NCBI RefSeq assembly: GCF_018977255.1 | Contig: NW_024704743.1 | Location: 81,036,001 to 81,100,000, forward strand | Reading direction: 5' to 3' | DNA length: 64,000 bases | From: Callorhinchus milii | Lineage: Eukaryota | Shown here: in pieces, positions 13,990-27,369 of the stretch | Layout: each line of letters begins with the position of its first letter | Numbering within the stretch: the first letter of the stretch is position 1 | The notes under the pieces: model-generated | Database searches by the model: none | The model's input: only the letters and a program-made list of their open reading frames with translations | What the model was told of the DNA's origin: nothing | Translations under genes and position numbers: made by a program

Positions 13990-14150
13990 CTGAAAGAAAT
14001 GTGTAAAACAAGACCATAAACATCTGTTAGGGACAGCATTCTCCAGTGAACAAGCAATCCAGAACAATGTTTATAATTCCATTCCCTCACAAAATGAACC
14101 AAACATATTTCATACATACAAACATATATATATATATATATAGATACACT

Positions 14151-14262
14151 CAGGGTGACCAAAAAGTCGTGATACCATTACAATATCTAATAAGTCTTAA
14201 AGAAATGACGATATTTTGGTTTTTTTTGGTAATAGGGTACTTATCACTCTTTGGTCATCCTG
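14151..14262. mobile_element. ~110-bp Tc1/mariner-type MITE
   Basis: Terminal inverted repeats CAGGGTGACCAAAAAGT and ACTCTTTGGTCATCCTG followed by TA; sits next to a (TA)n run. Confidence 0.65.
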
Positions 14263-15527
14263 TATTATGTATATATTTTATATGTCAGCACAAAACACCA
14301 CATGGAAATTCAGCTAACCCTTGCAGAGATGTTTGTACGTGTTGTCAAATTAAATCAGCTAAATTATAATAACTAATGAAAATGCATAATTTTACATAAT
14401 CTCCCCAAACCAACGCTCACTAAGGTAACTGAAAGCAGGCATAAACCTTTGGGCGATGCACTGACTGATTTCACAGATGTCAGGAAAGTTAGACTGTGGT
14501 CGCAGGGCAAGAGCCAAATAACAAATGCGCGCACACAAATTGCATTTTTTTTTCATTTAATAATCGTCTAAGCAACGGAACAATTGGCTTAATAAAGTTC
14601 TTAATCACAGATGTTCTTTGTTCATTGAGAAGGTTATTATGCCTCACACTGAAAACAGTGAAGGAAGGAGCAGGGTAACCTAAATTAACCTAATTTGTCT
14701 TTAGAGATTTGGTTTGTTTATTGTTGTTGGTTTATTAATTGACACCCCAACCCCCCCACCCGAACTCTATCAAGATCATTCACTCACCTGACTAAAATGC
14801 TAACAAATAGCTCCCTGTAAAATTGCAATACTTCTTTGAGTTTGTAATGCTAGCAGAAATGACAGAACTTGTCACTATAAGCCATTGTCAGAGGAGTCAA
14901 TGCAGATGTTCTCTTTGTGGCAGCTTCACATTATGAAAACATCATAGATATTGATGTGACCAAAAGCACAAAAACTAGTAATAACTTGGAAGGTGGTAAA
15001 ATTGGTCATTCACTTCATAGCTGTTTGTGGGACATTGTTGTGTACAAATTGACTGCTGCATTGACCCACAAAATACACACAAACCTTCAATGTAACGCTT
15101 TGACAAGTTTCAACACCATGATAAAGTGGTATATCGAATGCAAGGGTTATTATTATTAGAAGATAATTTCGGTTACACATGCAGTACAAAATCTGTCGGT
15201 GTACAACTTGTACCTTTCTGCATCATTTTATATTGTCTAAATACAAGATGCAAATACAGGGTTCACAATAAAGAGAGAAGCAAACAATTGAAGTGTAACT
15301 CATACCATACATTTTATGGTGGTTTTAAAAATCGCGTTAGAACGTCTTATACAGCAGTGCATTTTGTAAAACTTCTTTATAGCATAGACATCAAAAGTAT
15401 GCCCTAATTATTACCAACTTGTGATGAAACTATAGAATAATAAGAATGGTGCAACACATTTCATGAGTTCATTTAATCAAGATTCAATTAATGTCCTTTT
15501 TTCACTTGTGAAAAGTGAATGAATTAG

Positions 15528-15530
15528 TCA

Positions 15531-15574
<44 letters not shown>
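15528..15574. repeat. (AATC)n/(AAAT) tetranucleotide microsatellite
   Basis: Direct reading: caaatcaatcaataaatcaatcaatcaataaatcaatcaatcaataa. Confidence 0.9.
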
Positions 15575-15575
<1 letters not shown>

Positions 15576-18004
15576 GAATTGAAACCTGTGAATGATTAAA
15601 AGGCAGTAAGTAATCTCATTGAAGGATTTGGGTGACATTTGATACAAAAATGAAGCTTGAGGTATTTATACCAATCACATGAACATTGAGATGCATTTAT
15701 TGTGAATCCAAGGTTTGTGATTTTTGTAGTATTTGCACAGTGGTGTTTCCCTTTTATCTTCAGGCAGTGAGCATCATTAGTAAGAGGCAAAGTACAGAAA
15801 GCATTGTGCAGTTAGTGCCCCTCAGCATCACCACTGAAGCACTGTGAACATAACTTATCTGTGTAAGTTATAGCATCTGCAATAACTTATAGCATTTGCA
15901 GTTTTTTGCATTTTGTTTATAACTTATCTGTGAATTGATTATATCATAATCCTTACATCGTGCCATCAGTTGTCTCAAAGAGCTTCATAAGATTTGTTTG
16001 TAAAGTGTCATGATTGTATATTTTATGGGTCGCAGTCAGCTGCAAATGCAGCAGACAATTTGAAAACAGTAATATCCCACAAAGAGCCATGAAATAAATG
16101 GCCAGTTTTATTTCACCATTAAACAGCACAGTCAATAGATATACTATTTGGATGAGCTAATTCAGAAAAACTTTCTTATATTTCTCATATATATTTCAGT
16201 GAAATGTTTTGATTTTTTTAGAGGCCAAAAAATGTATTCTGTTGCAACTGAATGGTCTGGTTTATTTTATTTTTATACAGGCTTATCTCAATCTAATTTG
16301 GGTGATATTTGAGTTTTCATTCCAGTTACCTATTAAAATATTTCTCCAATTGACAAGTTAAAAGTGCATGCCAATGTTAAACAAGGGTGAAAACTGCAAA
16401 GCAAATATTTTCCAATCAATTCAGACTGTTTTGATCTGAAATTCGTTGAAGCAAAACAAGGACTTGTTGTTTATCTGAATGTTCTTTGCTCACAGTCTTC
16501 CCTGAAAGGAACAGTACAGTAATTGTTTTGCGACCGAAAAATAGATTCTTCAAAATCTATTGTTTATTCCTTGTAGAAACAAGTTTTTTTTAAATATGGA
16601 AACAAACTTAAAGTGAACAGCTGTTCGTTTTTTAATCAAGAATGTACTTTTACAGTATAACTTACTCAGACTTAAATTCTTTGTACACGTGGGTAAATTA
16701 TTATGTGATTTCTTTTCAAATATAGATAATAAAAAGCACAATACAGAACAGGACTCTTGGAAAGTTGAAGCATTAAAAAGCCCTGATAGTTCCATGAAGT
16801 TTACAGACCCACATGATTGAAGAATTGCCTTTGAAACTCTGGAGTGCCCTTAAAAGTAAAAAAAAAACTTCACCACAACTCTCAGAAGAGATCAACCCAA
16901 CAATGAATCAATCCACTCGTGTGCACAACCTGCTCATTGACAAACAAGCTTGACATTTATTCTGTGTTGGGATCATTACAAAAGCATCTCAGTGATGCCC
17001 CTGTTCTGAAGCACACACCGCAAAATTTCACAACAAACTCGTCGGTAAAACCGACATTTGACAGCAACAATTCTGGCTTTGCAAATTTGCTCTCATTTTG
17101 CTGGAGAGTGGAATCTACTCTTCCTTCTCACCAGCTGAGTGCAACCCATAGACTATGATGAATATCAGTGAGCAGATCATGGCCAAACACCCACTGGGCA
17201 GCCCTGCCACAGTGCACCAGCCTTTCTGTACCTACTGATGAGAATGTGGTGGGTTTGAAACAAAATAAAAGCTACCAAGCTCCTGGCTGTCCTAGTCGTG
17301 GATGGAAAGTGGGCAATAATTCACATCACGATGTAAGTTTGTAATGGGGGGGGAGGTTGCATAATATACTGACTGTTTTGGTATGAGATGAATCGAAGTG
17401 CTGAAGCCACCAGCCTTGTTGCACTAACATTTATATCTGGATACACCTTCTCGGCCAAATTGTGTTGGTCAGTGGTTGTGTCCACTTTCACTTGTTCAGC
17501 TATTCAGGAGTGTAGTTATTCTCTGGTCCTCATTGAAACAACAGGGACCTGAATCATGTTCACAGTCATGTCGCTGTTTGCTCCTTATCTATTATCCGAT
17601 GTAGATATAAAAGGTTTGCACGATCCATCTGTCTATCTCTCTATCTCTCTATCCATATCCATCCATCCATCTCTCCATCTATTCCCCTCTAATGCAACAT
17701 AAAGTGGCGATCTGGAAGACGAGGCATCTAAATCGTCGCCTTGTGCACTGAACCACGGAAATGCCCTATTAACCACACGATCTGAGCCCAAACTGATACA
17801 GCGATATCTCTGCTGAAGACTGTGGTCAGACATAAACCAACAGCAAACACATCCCGAGAATACAACAACAACAACATTATATTTGCAAAGGACAGAGTTT
17901 CGGACCCGAGCTGGGGGTGGGGTGGGGTGGGGGGGGGGGGGGTTGGGGGGTGTTTGGGGTCTGATCGAAAGCGACAGATATCATTAAAAATCACAATAAA
18001 GTAC

Positions 18005-18101
18005 CTTCACGGTTATTCGCTTCTCCAGATCTCTGCAGGCGGCGCACAGCCATCCCCAGGCACACATTCACCCCCACAGCGATGGTCAACAGGGAAATCA
18101 T
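18005..18101 (-). CDS. ENPP2: ENPP2 coding exon 2: signal peptide plus proprotein-convertase site, MISLLTIAVGVNVCLGMAVRRLQRSGEANNRE
   Basis: 97 bp, tttttgcag/GTACTT, phase 0->1. Aligns to human IISLFTFAVGVNICLGFTAHRIKR. Not in the supplied ORF track. Confidence 0.95.
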
Positions 18102-18598
18102 CTGCAAAAAGATGTGTCCGTTTATCCGCTGGATACCAATGGCTATTGGGGTCGGGATGATTCCTTACATCTCCTATTTGACCTCGAGGCTCGATGCACA
18201 AATCGCAGCAAAAGGTTGACCTCGATAACACAGTGTGTGTGTGTGTGTGTGTCCTTCCTACAGTTAGATTCTGCTCAGCACAAGGAGGAGGAGGAGGTGG
18301 GGGTCGGGGGGGGGTCGGGGGGGGGGGGACAGCAAATTGTGTCACCTTTTCACAATCGCACGAATCGGTCGCGATCGCAGCAAAAAAAAAATCACAGCAG
18401 ATGCACTGCCACAGACATCCAGGAATCGCACACAAGTATTTGCAGGTTAGTGTGTGCGTGTGTGTGTGTGGTGTGTGGAGGGGAGTGTGGTGGTGGTGAG
18501 GGTGGTGGTGAGGGTGATGGTGAGGGTGAGGGTGAGGGTGGTGGGTGGGGGGTGGGAGGTGATGAGGATCGACCTTGTTAAACCACATTTACACGTAC

Positions 18599-18631
18599 CT
18601 GAGACAGTTTCACGGACGTGTAGTTGGACAT
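18599..18631 (-). CDS. ENPP2: ENPP2 proximal coding exon 1, MSNYTSVKLSQ
   Basis: ATG in acaaacATG context, 11 codons ending CAG|GTACGT, phase 0. Same length and terminal Gln as mammalian exon 1 (MARRSSFQSCQ). Confidence 0.88.
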
Positions 18632-19100
18632 GTTTGTGAGCAGCGTCAGGCAGTCAGTGAAGAGGAGAGGAGAGGACAGGACAGGACAGGACAGCAGCAA
18701 ACACTGCTGTGTGTTGGAGCTGCAGCACCTCTGTGGCTTCCCCTCCCGACAGCGTCGCCACTGCTCCCACCTGTTCAGGTTGTCAATCTGAATGGCTCAT
18801 ATACCTCTCACGCCTCTCACTCTCTCTGCTCAACCAGATTTGAGGGGGAGCGATTCCCCCCCCCCTCTCTCTCACTCTCTCTCTCTCTCCTCTCCCTCTC
18901 TTTTGCTGGCGATTTATTACGATTGCAAACTCTCTTTTTTTTGTTTGGGGCAAAAAAAAATTTTAAAAACAAAAAAAAACTCCCCCACACACGAACCCCC
19001 CCCCACCACCACCACCCCACCACCAAAAAAAAAAAAATAAGCTTTCGCCTTGGAAAGCAAATAATTTCTTCCAACTAAAACTGCACGTGGGGATCCGCCA
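18632..19100 (-). promoter_or_regulatory. ENPP2: ENPP2 proximal 5' UTR and promoter region
   Basis: Locally GC/CpG-enriched DNA directly upstream of the exon-1 ATG, with purine/pyrimidine tracts and a GTAATAAA homeodomain-type motif at 18913-18920. The TSS cannot be placed. Confidence 0.55.
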
Positions 19101-19899
19101 GTCTTTGTGTGTTTGGATGTAAAGTTTGGAGGATCTCAGCAGCTATTCAACGAGCTCCACTGACTCCAGTGTTGATTCTCAAAAGCATGTTGTTCGGGCA
19201 CCAAATAGTGGTGTCTTTGTCTGCTTAAGAGGCAGTCAGAGCCTTGTGATGTGCAGCCACCCCGTTACCAGCTCCCTTTTAAAACAGCCTTACTTCAGTA
19301 GGAGTGTGTGTTGGTGCCAGTTTCCTGTCTGGCAATGTTCATCCATCTCTACCCCCCCCACCCCCCTCCACCACCCCCCCTTCTCCTCCCCTCCCCTCTC
19401 CCACTTCACAGTCCTGCAATACGTGCATGAAAAATAAATAGACGCTGTTGCAATACTTTTGGGCTTGAACGAGTGCAATTTTTTTTTTGGGTGGGGTGGG
19501 GGTTGTGGGGGTTGTGGGGGGTTGGCGGTGGGTTTTCCCAAAAAACAACCAGATGTAAATCAAAGCTGAACTGAAGCCAACCTGCATCCACTTCAATGCA
19601 CCGCCTGGATTACAGTAAGATTGTTCCGTTCCTTTGAGGATGCCCTCTGCCGAGACTAGTCCTGACCTTTCCGGATTCGTATGTCTTACCTGAGCCATAA
19701 GCATATCTGTGGGTGTATACGAGTCTAACGTTGGATTTGCCATTGGTACTATATATCTAAATATATGTAGATGCAGGAAAACACTCCCATCAGTTTGCAC
19801 TTTGGGAACTGTTTCTGCATGACTGTTAAAACCAGATGGAAGATACAGAAGCAAGAAACTAACTGATGGGAGATCACTTTACAGCCTGTAAGTTGTTTG

Positions 19900-21078
19900 G
19901 AAATAAAGCCCTGTGTCTTGACACGAGCGGAAACCCATCAGCATGTTTAAGAGTATCCAAACCAACCTGAGAGTTCAATGCATCCCACCTACATATGAAG
20001 ATTCCAGAGATACTTATTGGAATGGAAATGCACACTCTCTCCCTGGAGGGATTTGCTTACCTAATTCCGGAGAGTATTACGCGCAGGTTGACAAGAACCA
20101 AGGCTTGTGGAACCCAGAGTATGTGTTGGGATAGTGCTGGAGTCTAACCAGGTAAAAGCACATATGACAACAATGCCTGGCAAGCTTTCCCGCTGCTTTC
20201 CCTACCATTAGGTTTCTGGCTTGCAGGATTAAGGGGAGCTGAGTGGGAGGGTTCCCTGTCTCCCTGGAGAGAGTTCAGCACAAAGGAAACCCCACTTACC
20301 TCCCCCTTTCCCAGGTGAATAGTTATTATTTGGTCATTTGACATCCGACAAGTGAGGTTTGAGCCCTCGCTAGGTGGATGGTAGGTACCAGGAACTCCCA
20401 AAGAGCTTCCTGATGAGCAACACAGCTCCACATGAAATGCATGAGAACATTGCGATGCCCATCATTGCAGCTCGGGTACACTCCCTTCCCATTGAGCAAC
20501 AGTTCCACCAGTTGGAGGTGCAGAGCATAAGCAGCAACTCTGTACGAACATGTGTTGATGACTCGGACTCCAGGTAACGCCTCTCAGCAGCTGTCGCTCC
20601 AAGCCTCAGAGTTTCCTCATCAGCTATCTGGCAGGCATCTGCCTTCAATGTGGTGGGAGGTACTTTTCAGGACAGCTTGCTATGTGCCAGCCACCTTAAT
20701 GTTCTCAAGGTCCCAGTCCAATGCTGTGTACCAGGCTTACTAAGCACCAGCTGCTTAATCCAGGTCCTCATATGAGGGGCCTTGGCAAATAGATGTGCCC
20801 ACTGTGATGCTGCCTCTGCCTCAGGGTACTTAGTGACATGTCAATGTAGGCCTTCTCTGTAGCTGCTTCCCGCATTTGCCACAGGTTTTCTTCATCTCCA
20901 GGAGCTCGGATCCACTGTTTGCACACAGGTCTTGAATGCCACAAGCTTGACCTTCATTGGAACCTTGTTGTCCATGAAGAGAGATAAGCATGACCAGGCT
21001 GCCCTTCACCCCTTCTCAGCACCTTCCTTCAGGACAGTGTCCAGACTGAAGTTGGTGTCACCACAACCCAAGGTACCA
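19900..21078 (-). mobile_element. Degenerate non-LTR retrotransposon ORF2 C-terminal half (post-RT thumb plus CCHC-like knuckle)
   Basis: Broken minus-strand frames give YLG, then LFMDNKVPMKVKLVAFKTCVQTV/GSELL (a KLxxFKxxV..YGSExW-type motif), and later YPSCNDGHRNVLMHFMWSC. The block is GC-richer than its flanks. Confidence 0.7.
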
Positions 21079-23999
21079 ATAAAAATCAACAATTGGCATC
21101 TTGTGTCTTCAAATCAATATAAAATAAATATATTCTTTAGGTTCTATGCATTTTGAATAGAGTGTAATGTTTCTGCTTCGGGTATCAGACTCTATTGGAA
21201 GTAACATTCTGGAAAAAGAGGCAGGTGAAGGCAGATATTGTCTGTGGAAGAAAGGAGGTCAGGATTGGACAGTGGGACTCTGGAGTTTTACTTTATTGCC
21301 TTTATTAGCTATTAGAATACCCCACACACCCTCCCCATATAGTAAGACTGTACAAGAAAAATCTATCGGGCACATTGTGTGGCTTGATGGGACAAATAGT
21401 GTTTTATCTTCATGTTTTCTTACAAAAAAAATCCCCTCATTGGGGGGGGGGGGGTGGTGGATGATAATTTATCAGTGCACGATAATTTATAACATGTCCT
21501 CTCCCCATCATTAAGAAAATACCAATATAATGAATTGGCCAGCCTTAATGCCTGGTGAGTAAATGATTAACACAGTATGGTATTGAACTACACAGAACAG
21601 AAAGTTGAACACTGTAGATAGTGAGTGTTTTGTTTGTGTGAGTGTGTGTGTGGGGGGATGAACGAATGACAGGATATATAATAGATTTTAGTATCTAGAC
21701 CCCACAGTCTAATAAAGGCAGAAAACACTATTGATTGATCACGCTGAGACAATTGCACGCATTTCTCTCCCCCCAGCCCCCATGAGGGCATGGTTTATAT
21801 AAGAAAACATGGAAAATAAAATACCATCAAGCCAATTCCTTCCAAAGCCACACAAATTGCCCAGTAGACTTTGCTCACACTATTGTATGTGGTGATGGGT
21901 GTGTGGGGGGAGGTGGTATTTTAATGGGAACTCTCTGAACTCCAAAATATTGAATTAAATCCAGATAGTTGTGATTATTACATACATATTTGCAGAGATA
22001 CCAAATTGGAAGAGAATTATAGGTGCAACAGCTTATAAATATGAAGGATGCCTATTTATGTTAGCGACATTCTACCCTAAAATAATGTGGGAAGGGGAAC
22101 AAGTTCAAGAAATGAAGAGTAAGGAAAGAAACCCAGAAAATATTCAAAAACCCTTGGAAATCAATGGATACCTAGGTAAACACTCAGTTAATTATTATTG
22201 ATGATACCTCCAGTTAAACTTTTCACATAGTTGGCATCCTGATTATGGTGGTATAGTATTGTGAAAACTTTGGCTTTCCTATAATAATAATCCTATCATT
22301 TGATTTAATACTTTATTGCATTAGCAAGCTATCTCAAAGCACTTTGTACAATTTACTATAAAGTGTAGTGACTGTGTATTTTGTAAATGAATGCAGCAGG
22401 CAATTTGTACACAGCAACATCCCACAAACAGCCATGAAGTGAATGATCAATTTTATCTAGGGGTTTATTGACCAGGACACTGGGAGACTCACTTATTTTT
22501 TTGATACTCCACTGATGATCATCCATCATCCACCTATATTTTTTGGCTGAATTACACACTTACAAAATGAAGATGCAGTGCATTATAGTAGTTTTTTCTA
22601 TTAAGCAATCCTGTAGTGGTAGTCATTTTATTTTAAGAATTAATTTTGTTCTAAAAAAGCTGGACAATCAATTTTAAACTATGCTTGAATGAACTTCATA
22701 CATTCAGATCTGACAACCTGACATGGCCACAAAATACAGTCACACACTTTACAGTATATCCTGTAAAGCACTTTGAGACATCTGAACAATGTGATAAGGC
22801 AAAAAAATAATTTTTCAATCTGCAGTGTGGCTTTTTGCTAACTCATCTTAAGCCATTTTCTTTTAATCTATTTCACAAAATGTTCACACACCTTGTCACC
22901 TGTTTACATCTCTGTAATTTGTTAATTGGAAGGTAATTTGTCCATTTAAATATTTCAAAACTGACATTGGCAATTGTGGATTCAATGGGCACAGTCACTT
23001 ACTTTTCAGTAAATCCTGTGAAGCAATTTGAGAAATTTACCAACGTGATAAGAATCTATATCAATTGGAAGGTTTACTATTAATATAAATGTGTTTTGCA
23101 CATCCAATGAAACAATCAGAATTGAATTCCAAGTTATACAAAATGTTCTCTATCAGTGAAGCTGTCAAGAACATGGTGCAGCAAGTTAGTGTTATTTCTA
23201 GTTTTTATTCTCTCTATATAGAAACATGTCTCTAAACAAGACCTTTGTGTAAATAAATAACACGCTACTCTACTATTTCCTTGACTGGGAAAAAAAAATT
23301 GTGTTTGGCATTTGCCATGAAAGGTACAGAATTAAGCAACATTATGATTTGATTCAAAAAAAATATAGTGCAATGCAGGTTAACACCAATGGTTTCCAGC
23401 ATTGTGAGTTCTTAACCTTTGCTGTTATGTTGCCAATCGGGAGCTGGGGGGAGAAAGAGAAACCAAGAACCAATTAGTACACCAACCAGGAGCCAGTTCC
23501 AAAGTGAAAAAATCTGGAGTTGCTGCTCACCTTGTTTGCTAAGAAATTGGCCTGTAAGGGGGGTAAAAGAAGACAGATAAAAAATAATTCTGCAGGGAAA
23601 ACACCACCAATCCCATCTTTTACTCCTAACATTCTCTATGGAATGAATACCTTGCAGAAGAAAGATAATCAGCTTAATAAACAAATGCTATGCTCCTTTC
23701 CTTCCCTTTCACCTGTAAATGTCAACTGAAAAGAAGGAAGGCTAAAAATGTTGTTTTTTTAGATAATAATCTGAAGTGCTTAAATCCAAAGACACACACA
23801 ATTGCTCTGATGGTTCTTTGAAATACAATGCTTTAGAGTACTGTAGCAATTTTATAATAATATTCCTTGTGTTTGATAAAGCACCTTATCATATTGTTGA
23901 GATATCTCAAAGTGCTTTACAGGATATACTGTAAAGTGGCGTGACTGTATTTTATGGGCGAATAATACTTTAATTTATATTTTTATGAAGGTTTTGTTA

Positions 24000-24400
24000 T
24001 CAGCAAAGTGCTGGGGAATAGAACACTTTTCTACATTGGACACTCTATATCAACATCAAATATTCATATGGGAAATATAGTACTGCCAGCCGCAAAGTTA
24101 AGTTCCCTCTATTCTGTCAAACCATCTGGCTCCTTGATACCAATCACAGAAAGGTATCCTACTGCACAAAAATAATTTGCTTCCTTTATCGTACACTTCT
24201 ATGGACTCTGAGTGACTTTGCCAATTTAGTCTCATTATTGTAGCAGCTTTATTTAGTGAAATTCATCCACTAGGAAGTCCATTGAGACTAACCAAAGTCA
24301 TTTTATCCTTAAAGCCAGCAGAAAGGAAACTTTCATCTTACCAGCCTGGGGTGAATTAATCCAAAGACCATAACTAATCCACTGCACCACCCAGCCTCCT
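24000..24400 (-). mobile_element. LF-SINE-like ancient SINE
   Basis: Minus strand: ggaggctgggtggtgcagtgg (A box)...gatgaaagt...aaatgactttggttagtctca...ttcctagtgga, resembling the LF-SINE consensus as I recall it. Confidence 0.55.
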
Positions 24401-25479
24401 GACATATGTTTCATATTGATCAGCCCAGTTCCATGTGTGATGCACTTAACAAAAGCAGAGAGAACAACATATGTTAAAGGTCCTATATTGCCAAATTAGA
24501 ACCATTAGCAAAACCCAGTTACTGCCCTATGTGTCATATGCTAACAATGTGTACTAATTGATTTTATTATCTACCTTTTTTATAAGAATAATAATTCTTG
24601 CATTTCATATAATGTCTTTCACATCGAGTGGATATCTCAAAGTGCTTCACGGAATATACTATAAAGTGTAGTGACTGTATTTTGTAGGTTCCTTAATCTA
24701 TTTCCTCCAAACATGTGAAATATGCAGTAATTTATTAAGAATAACAATCATTCATTTAAGTACGATTTATTTTGAAGTACTGTATGTCACTCTTATTTAT
24801 TATTAACATCAGCACAGTTCCATGTATCTAAATGCTTTTCCCATCTTGTTAACCTCCTGATTATCATTATTGTCACTCCTACCATTGTCCCTATGTTGAC
24901 ATCCAAACTAGGTGGCAAGTAAGTAACTTCCTAAAGGATGTCTGTCAATGGTGCATGCAAGTGTTTAAATACAACCTGGATGATCAGCCTGCTGAGATTC
25001 CCTCCCTCTCATATAGAAGTGCCTGAAATCAGCAACAATGGTTACCTTTATAGGATAACCAGATCAGGAAGTACCCACGTAGTGAGTTATATGTAAAAGC
25101 CCTCCTCTTTATCCCAGCGCCGTTAAATGCTTTGGGACATCCTTCTGACACGAAAGGTGCTATATAAATATAAATTTGCACAGTATTGTACACATCCTTT
25201 CCTAAAATAAATTGTGAACAGGCCAGAAATAATGCACCTATCAACCCAGAGCTCCTATCTTTAGTACACCAAAGTGAAAGTGTGGAGCTACAAATTGGTA
25301 TCTACACATCTTTGCATTTAACTTCAATTCACTAGCAGTATTGTATGTGAAAAGAATGTGATGTGGTCATGTTGTCATACTGTCCTTAAAACAAGGCAAG
25401 AGTGTATGCATTGTACAACTGACATAGACCCTTAAAGTCAGGGAAACACCATACAGCTAACAAGTGTGCCCCTTTTTCA

Positions 25480-25835
25480 TTCACAACCCGACCTTTTCAC
25501 CTTCTCACCATATCGTTCAATCACTTCTCTCTCTAGAAAAGATTCCAGTTGTCCTTTCAATTTACTCACATTATCTGCTTCAGTGACTTTCACTGGTAAC
25601 TTATTCCATATGTCCATTATCACTTGTGTAACAAGCTTTTTTNGCCTGATTTCCCTCCTGATTCCTTATACTGTTTGAACCTTTCATCAATGTGATCAAT
25701 GTACTTACTTCATCTTTGTCAATCCCCTTCCTAATCTTGAAAACCTCAAGTGGGGCACCTCAAAAAAAAAATCTTTTGCAAAAAAAGGATCAAATTCTGT
25801 AACCTTTCATCATAACTTATGTTTTTGATACAGGA
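25480..25835 (-). mobile_element. CR1 LINE fragment (contains the single N at 25643)
   Basis: Minus strand has gaggttttcaagattaggaaggggattgaca...tggaataagttaccagtgaaagtcactgaagcaga, typical CR1 ORF2 C-terminal DNA. Confidence 0.65.
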
Positions 25836-25977
25836 ATCAAGGTTAAGGATGTATTTTTATCCCCCAACTACTTTTCTCTCCTCCTGTTCTGGAGATGCTG
25901 ACCTTTGCTGGGCACTGTTCCCCAGGCACTGTTCCATTACCTTGTCCAGGTGGTGGGTTTCCCTATCTGATTTTGTT

Positions 25978-26232
25978 TTATAATAATAATAATAATCCTT
26001 GCATTTGATATAGCGCTTTTCACGTCTTCTAGACATCCCAAAGCGCTTCACAGAATATACTGTAAAGTGAATTGACTGTATATTTGCGGGCGAACGCGGC
26101 AGCCAATTGCGCACAGCAATGTCCCACGAACAGTCATGGATTGAAAATGACCAATTTATTATTGTTTTGTTTTTTTGGAGGGATTATTATTAGGCGTGTG
26201 GAGTAAGGAAACTTGCCCAAGGTTTCGCCCTG
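25978..26232 (-). mobile_element. Young tRNA-SINE, short-core subfamily, 5'-truncated
   Basis: Very close to the copy at 37436-37828 and retains CpGs (gcgggcgaacgcggc). Confidence 0.9.
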
Positions 26233-26480
26233 TTTAGTCAGCTGAGTGTCTGAGCAAGAGGCTGTGATAGATATGATGATAGAAATCACAGCCAAGCTCC
26301 ATTCTATTCCAATTCCCACTACACAAAAGGACTTTAAAACGGGAGGTTATTGGATAGTAATCAGGGGTAGCATCCGTGGCTGATTTATTTAGACCACAAA
26401 GGCAATGTAAGAGCATTTGCTACAACTCGCCCAGTAACTGCCAATTCAGCACAAACCTGGGTCTGAATTCTCTTTACCTT
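26233..26480 (-). mobile_element. AmnSINE2-like ancient SINE fragment
   Basis: atcacagccaagctcc...atcaggggtagcatccgtggctgattt...aattcagcacaaacctggg matches the other copies of this family. Confidence 0.55.
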
Positions 26481-26666
26481 TGCAAGGATAATAATAATTT
26501 TGCTAGGTTTAGGTGATCACAATGCACACCACACTCCAGATTGAATACAACCAATGCACCAAGATATAACCTTTTTGACTGATAGTATCTTTTTCCTTAT
26601 TTTTACTGTAGTTAAAATGTTGGTTCCAAATGTTCCTAACACATAAACACCTGGATTTCTATCCTG

Positions 26667-26875
26667 ATAATAATAATAATCCTTGCATTTGATATAGTGC
26701 CTTATCACAGTTGTTGAGATGTCTCACAGTGCTTCGCAGAATATATCGTAAAGTGTATTGACTGTGTATTTTGTGGGCGACATGCGATAGCCAATTGTGC
26801 ACAACAGTGTCCCACAAACGGTCATGGATTGAGTGACCAGATTATATATATTTTTGGAGGATTGTTACCCCTAGA
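26667..26875 (-). mobile_element. tRNA-SINE 3' half
   Basis: (TAA)n tail plus the shared body. Confidence 0.85.
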
Positions 26876-27369
26876 ACTGGGATAATATAACTGATCAATT
26901 GGCCCACATTTCCCCTTTTCCATCTTTGCTTTTACATATTTTTTTACTACTACTTACTCCCTATCACCCAGTTTCCCCGAAATATTTTTAAAATTTTATT
27001 TTTCCGTTTAAAAATATTACCTCCGTGATTCTCAAGAGCAAACCGAAACCAAGACAGACTTTATTTCTCTCTGGAAAATTAAAGGAAACTCTTGCAACAA
27101 CGTTGCGGGATTTATTTAAAAACAAAGTTCAAAAAAAGTTCCCTTTGGCCTCCCACCCAACCATCCAGGAATATCCACATGTCTCTATAGCAGTATTATT
27201 AACATATAGTGCTTTCCATTCCCCTCCTCCTGCAGGTCTGAATGGTTCCCTCACAGCTCTCCTCCCTGAGTGTCCCTGGGATGTGGAAACAGTGCAGCTC
27301 AGTAGAGGCTCTGCCCAGACATCGGGTGCCAGACTTGGCGAGCTCTGGGCACTGAGGCTGGACTGTCTG

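Noticed and set aside
17633..19078. Overlapping 60-190 aa ORFs around ENPP2 exons 1-2
   Set aside because: Produced by GC-rich low-complexity tracts. The real exons are in other frames and are defined by splice sites.
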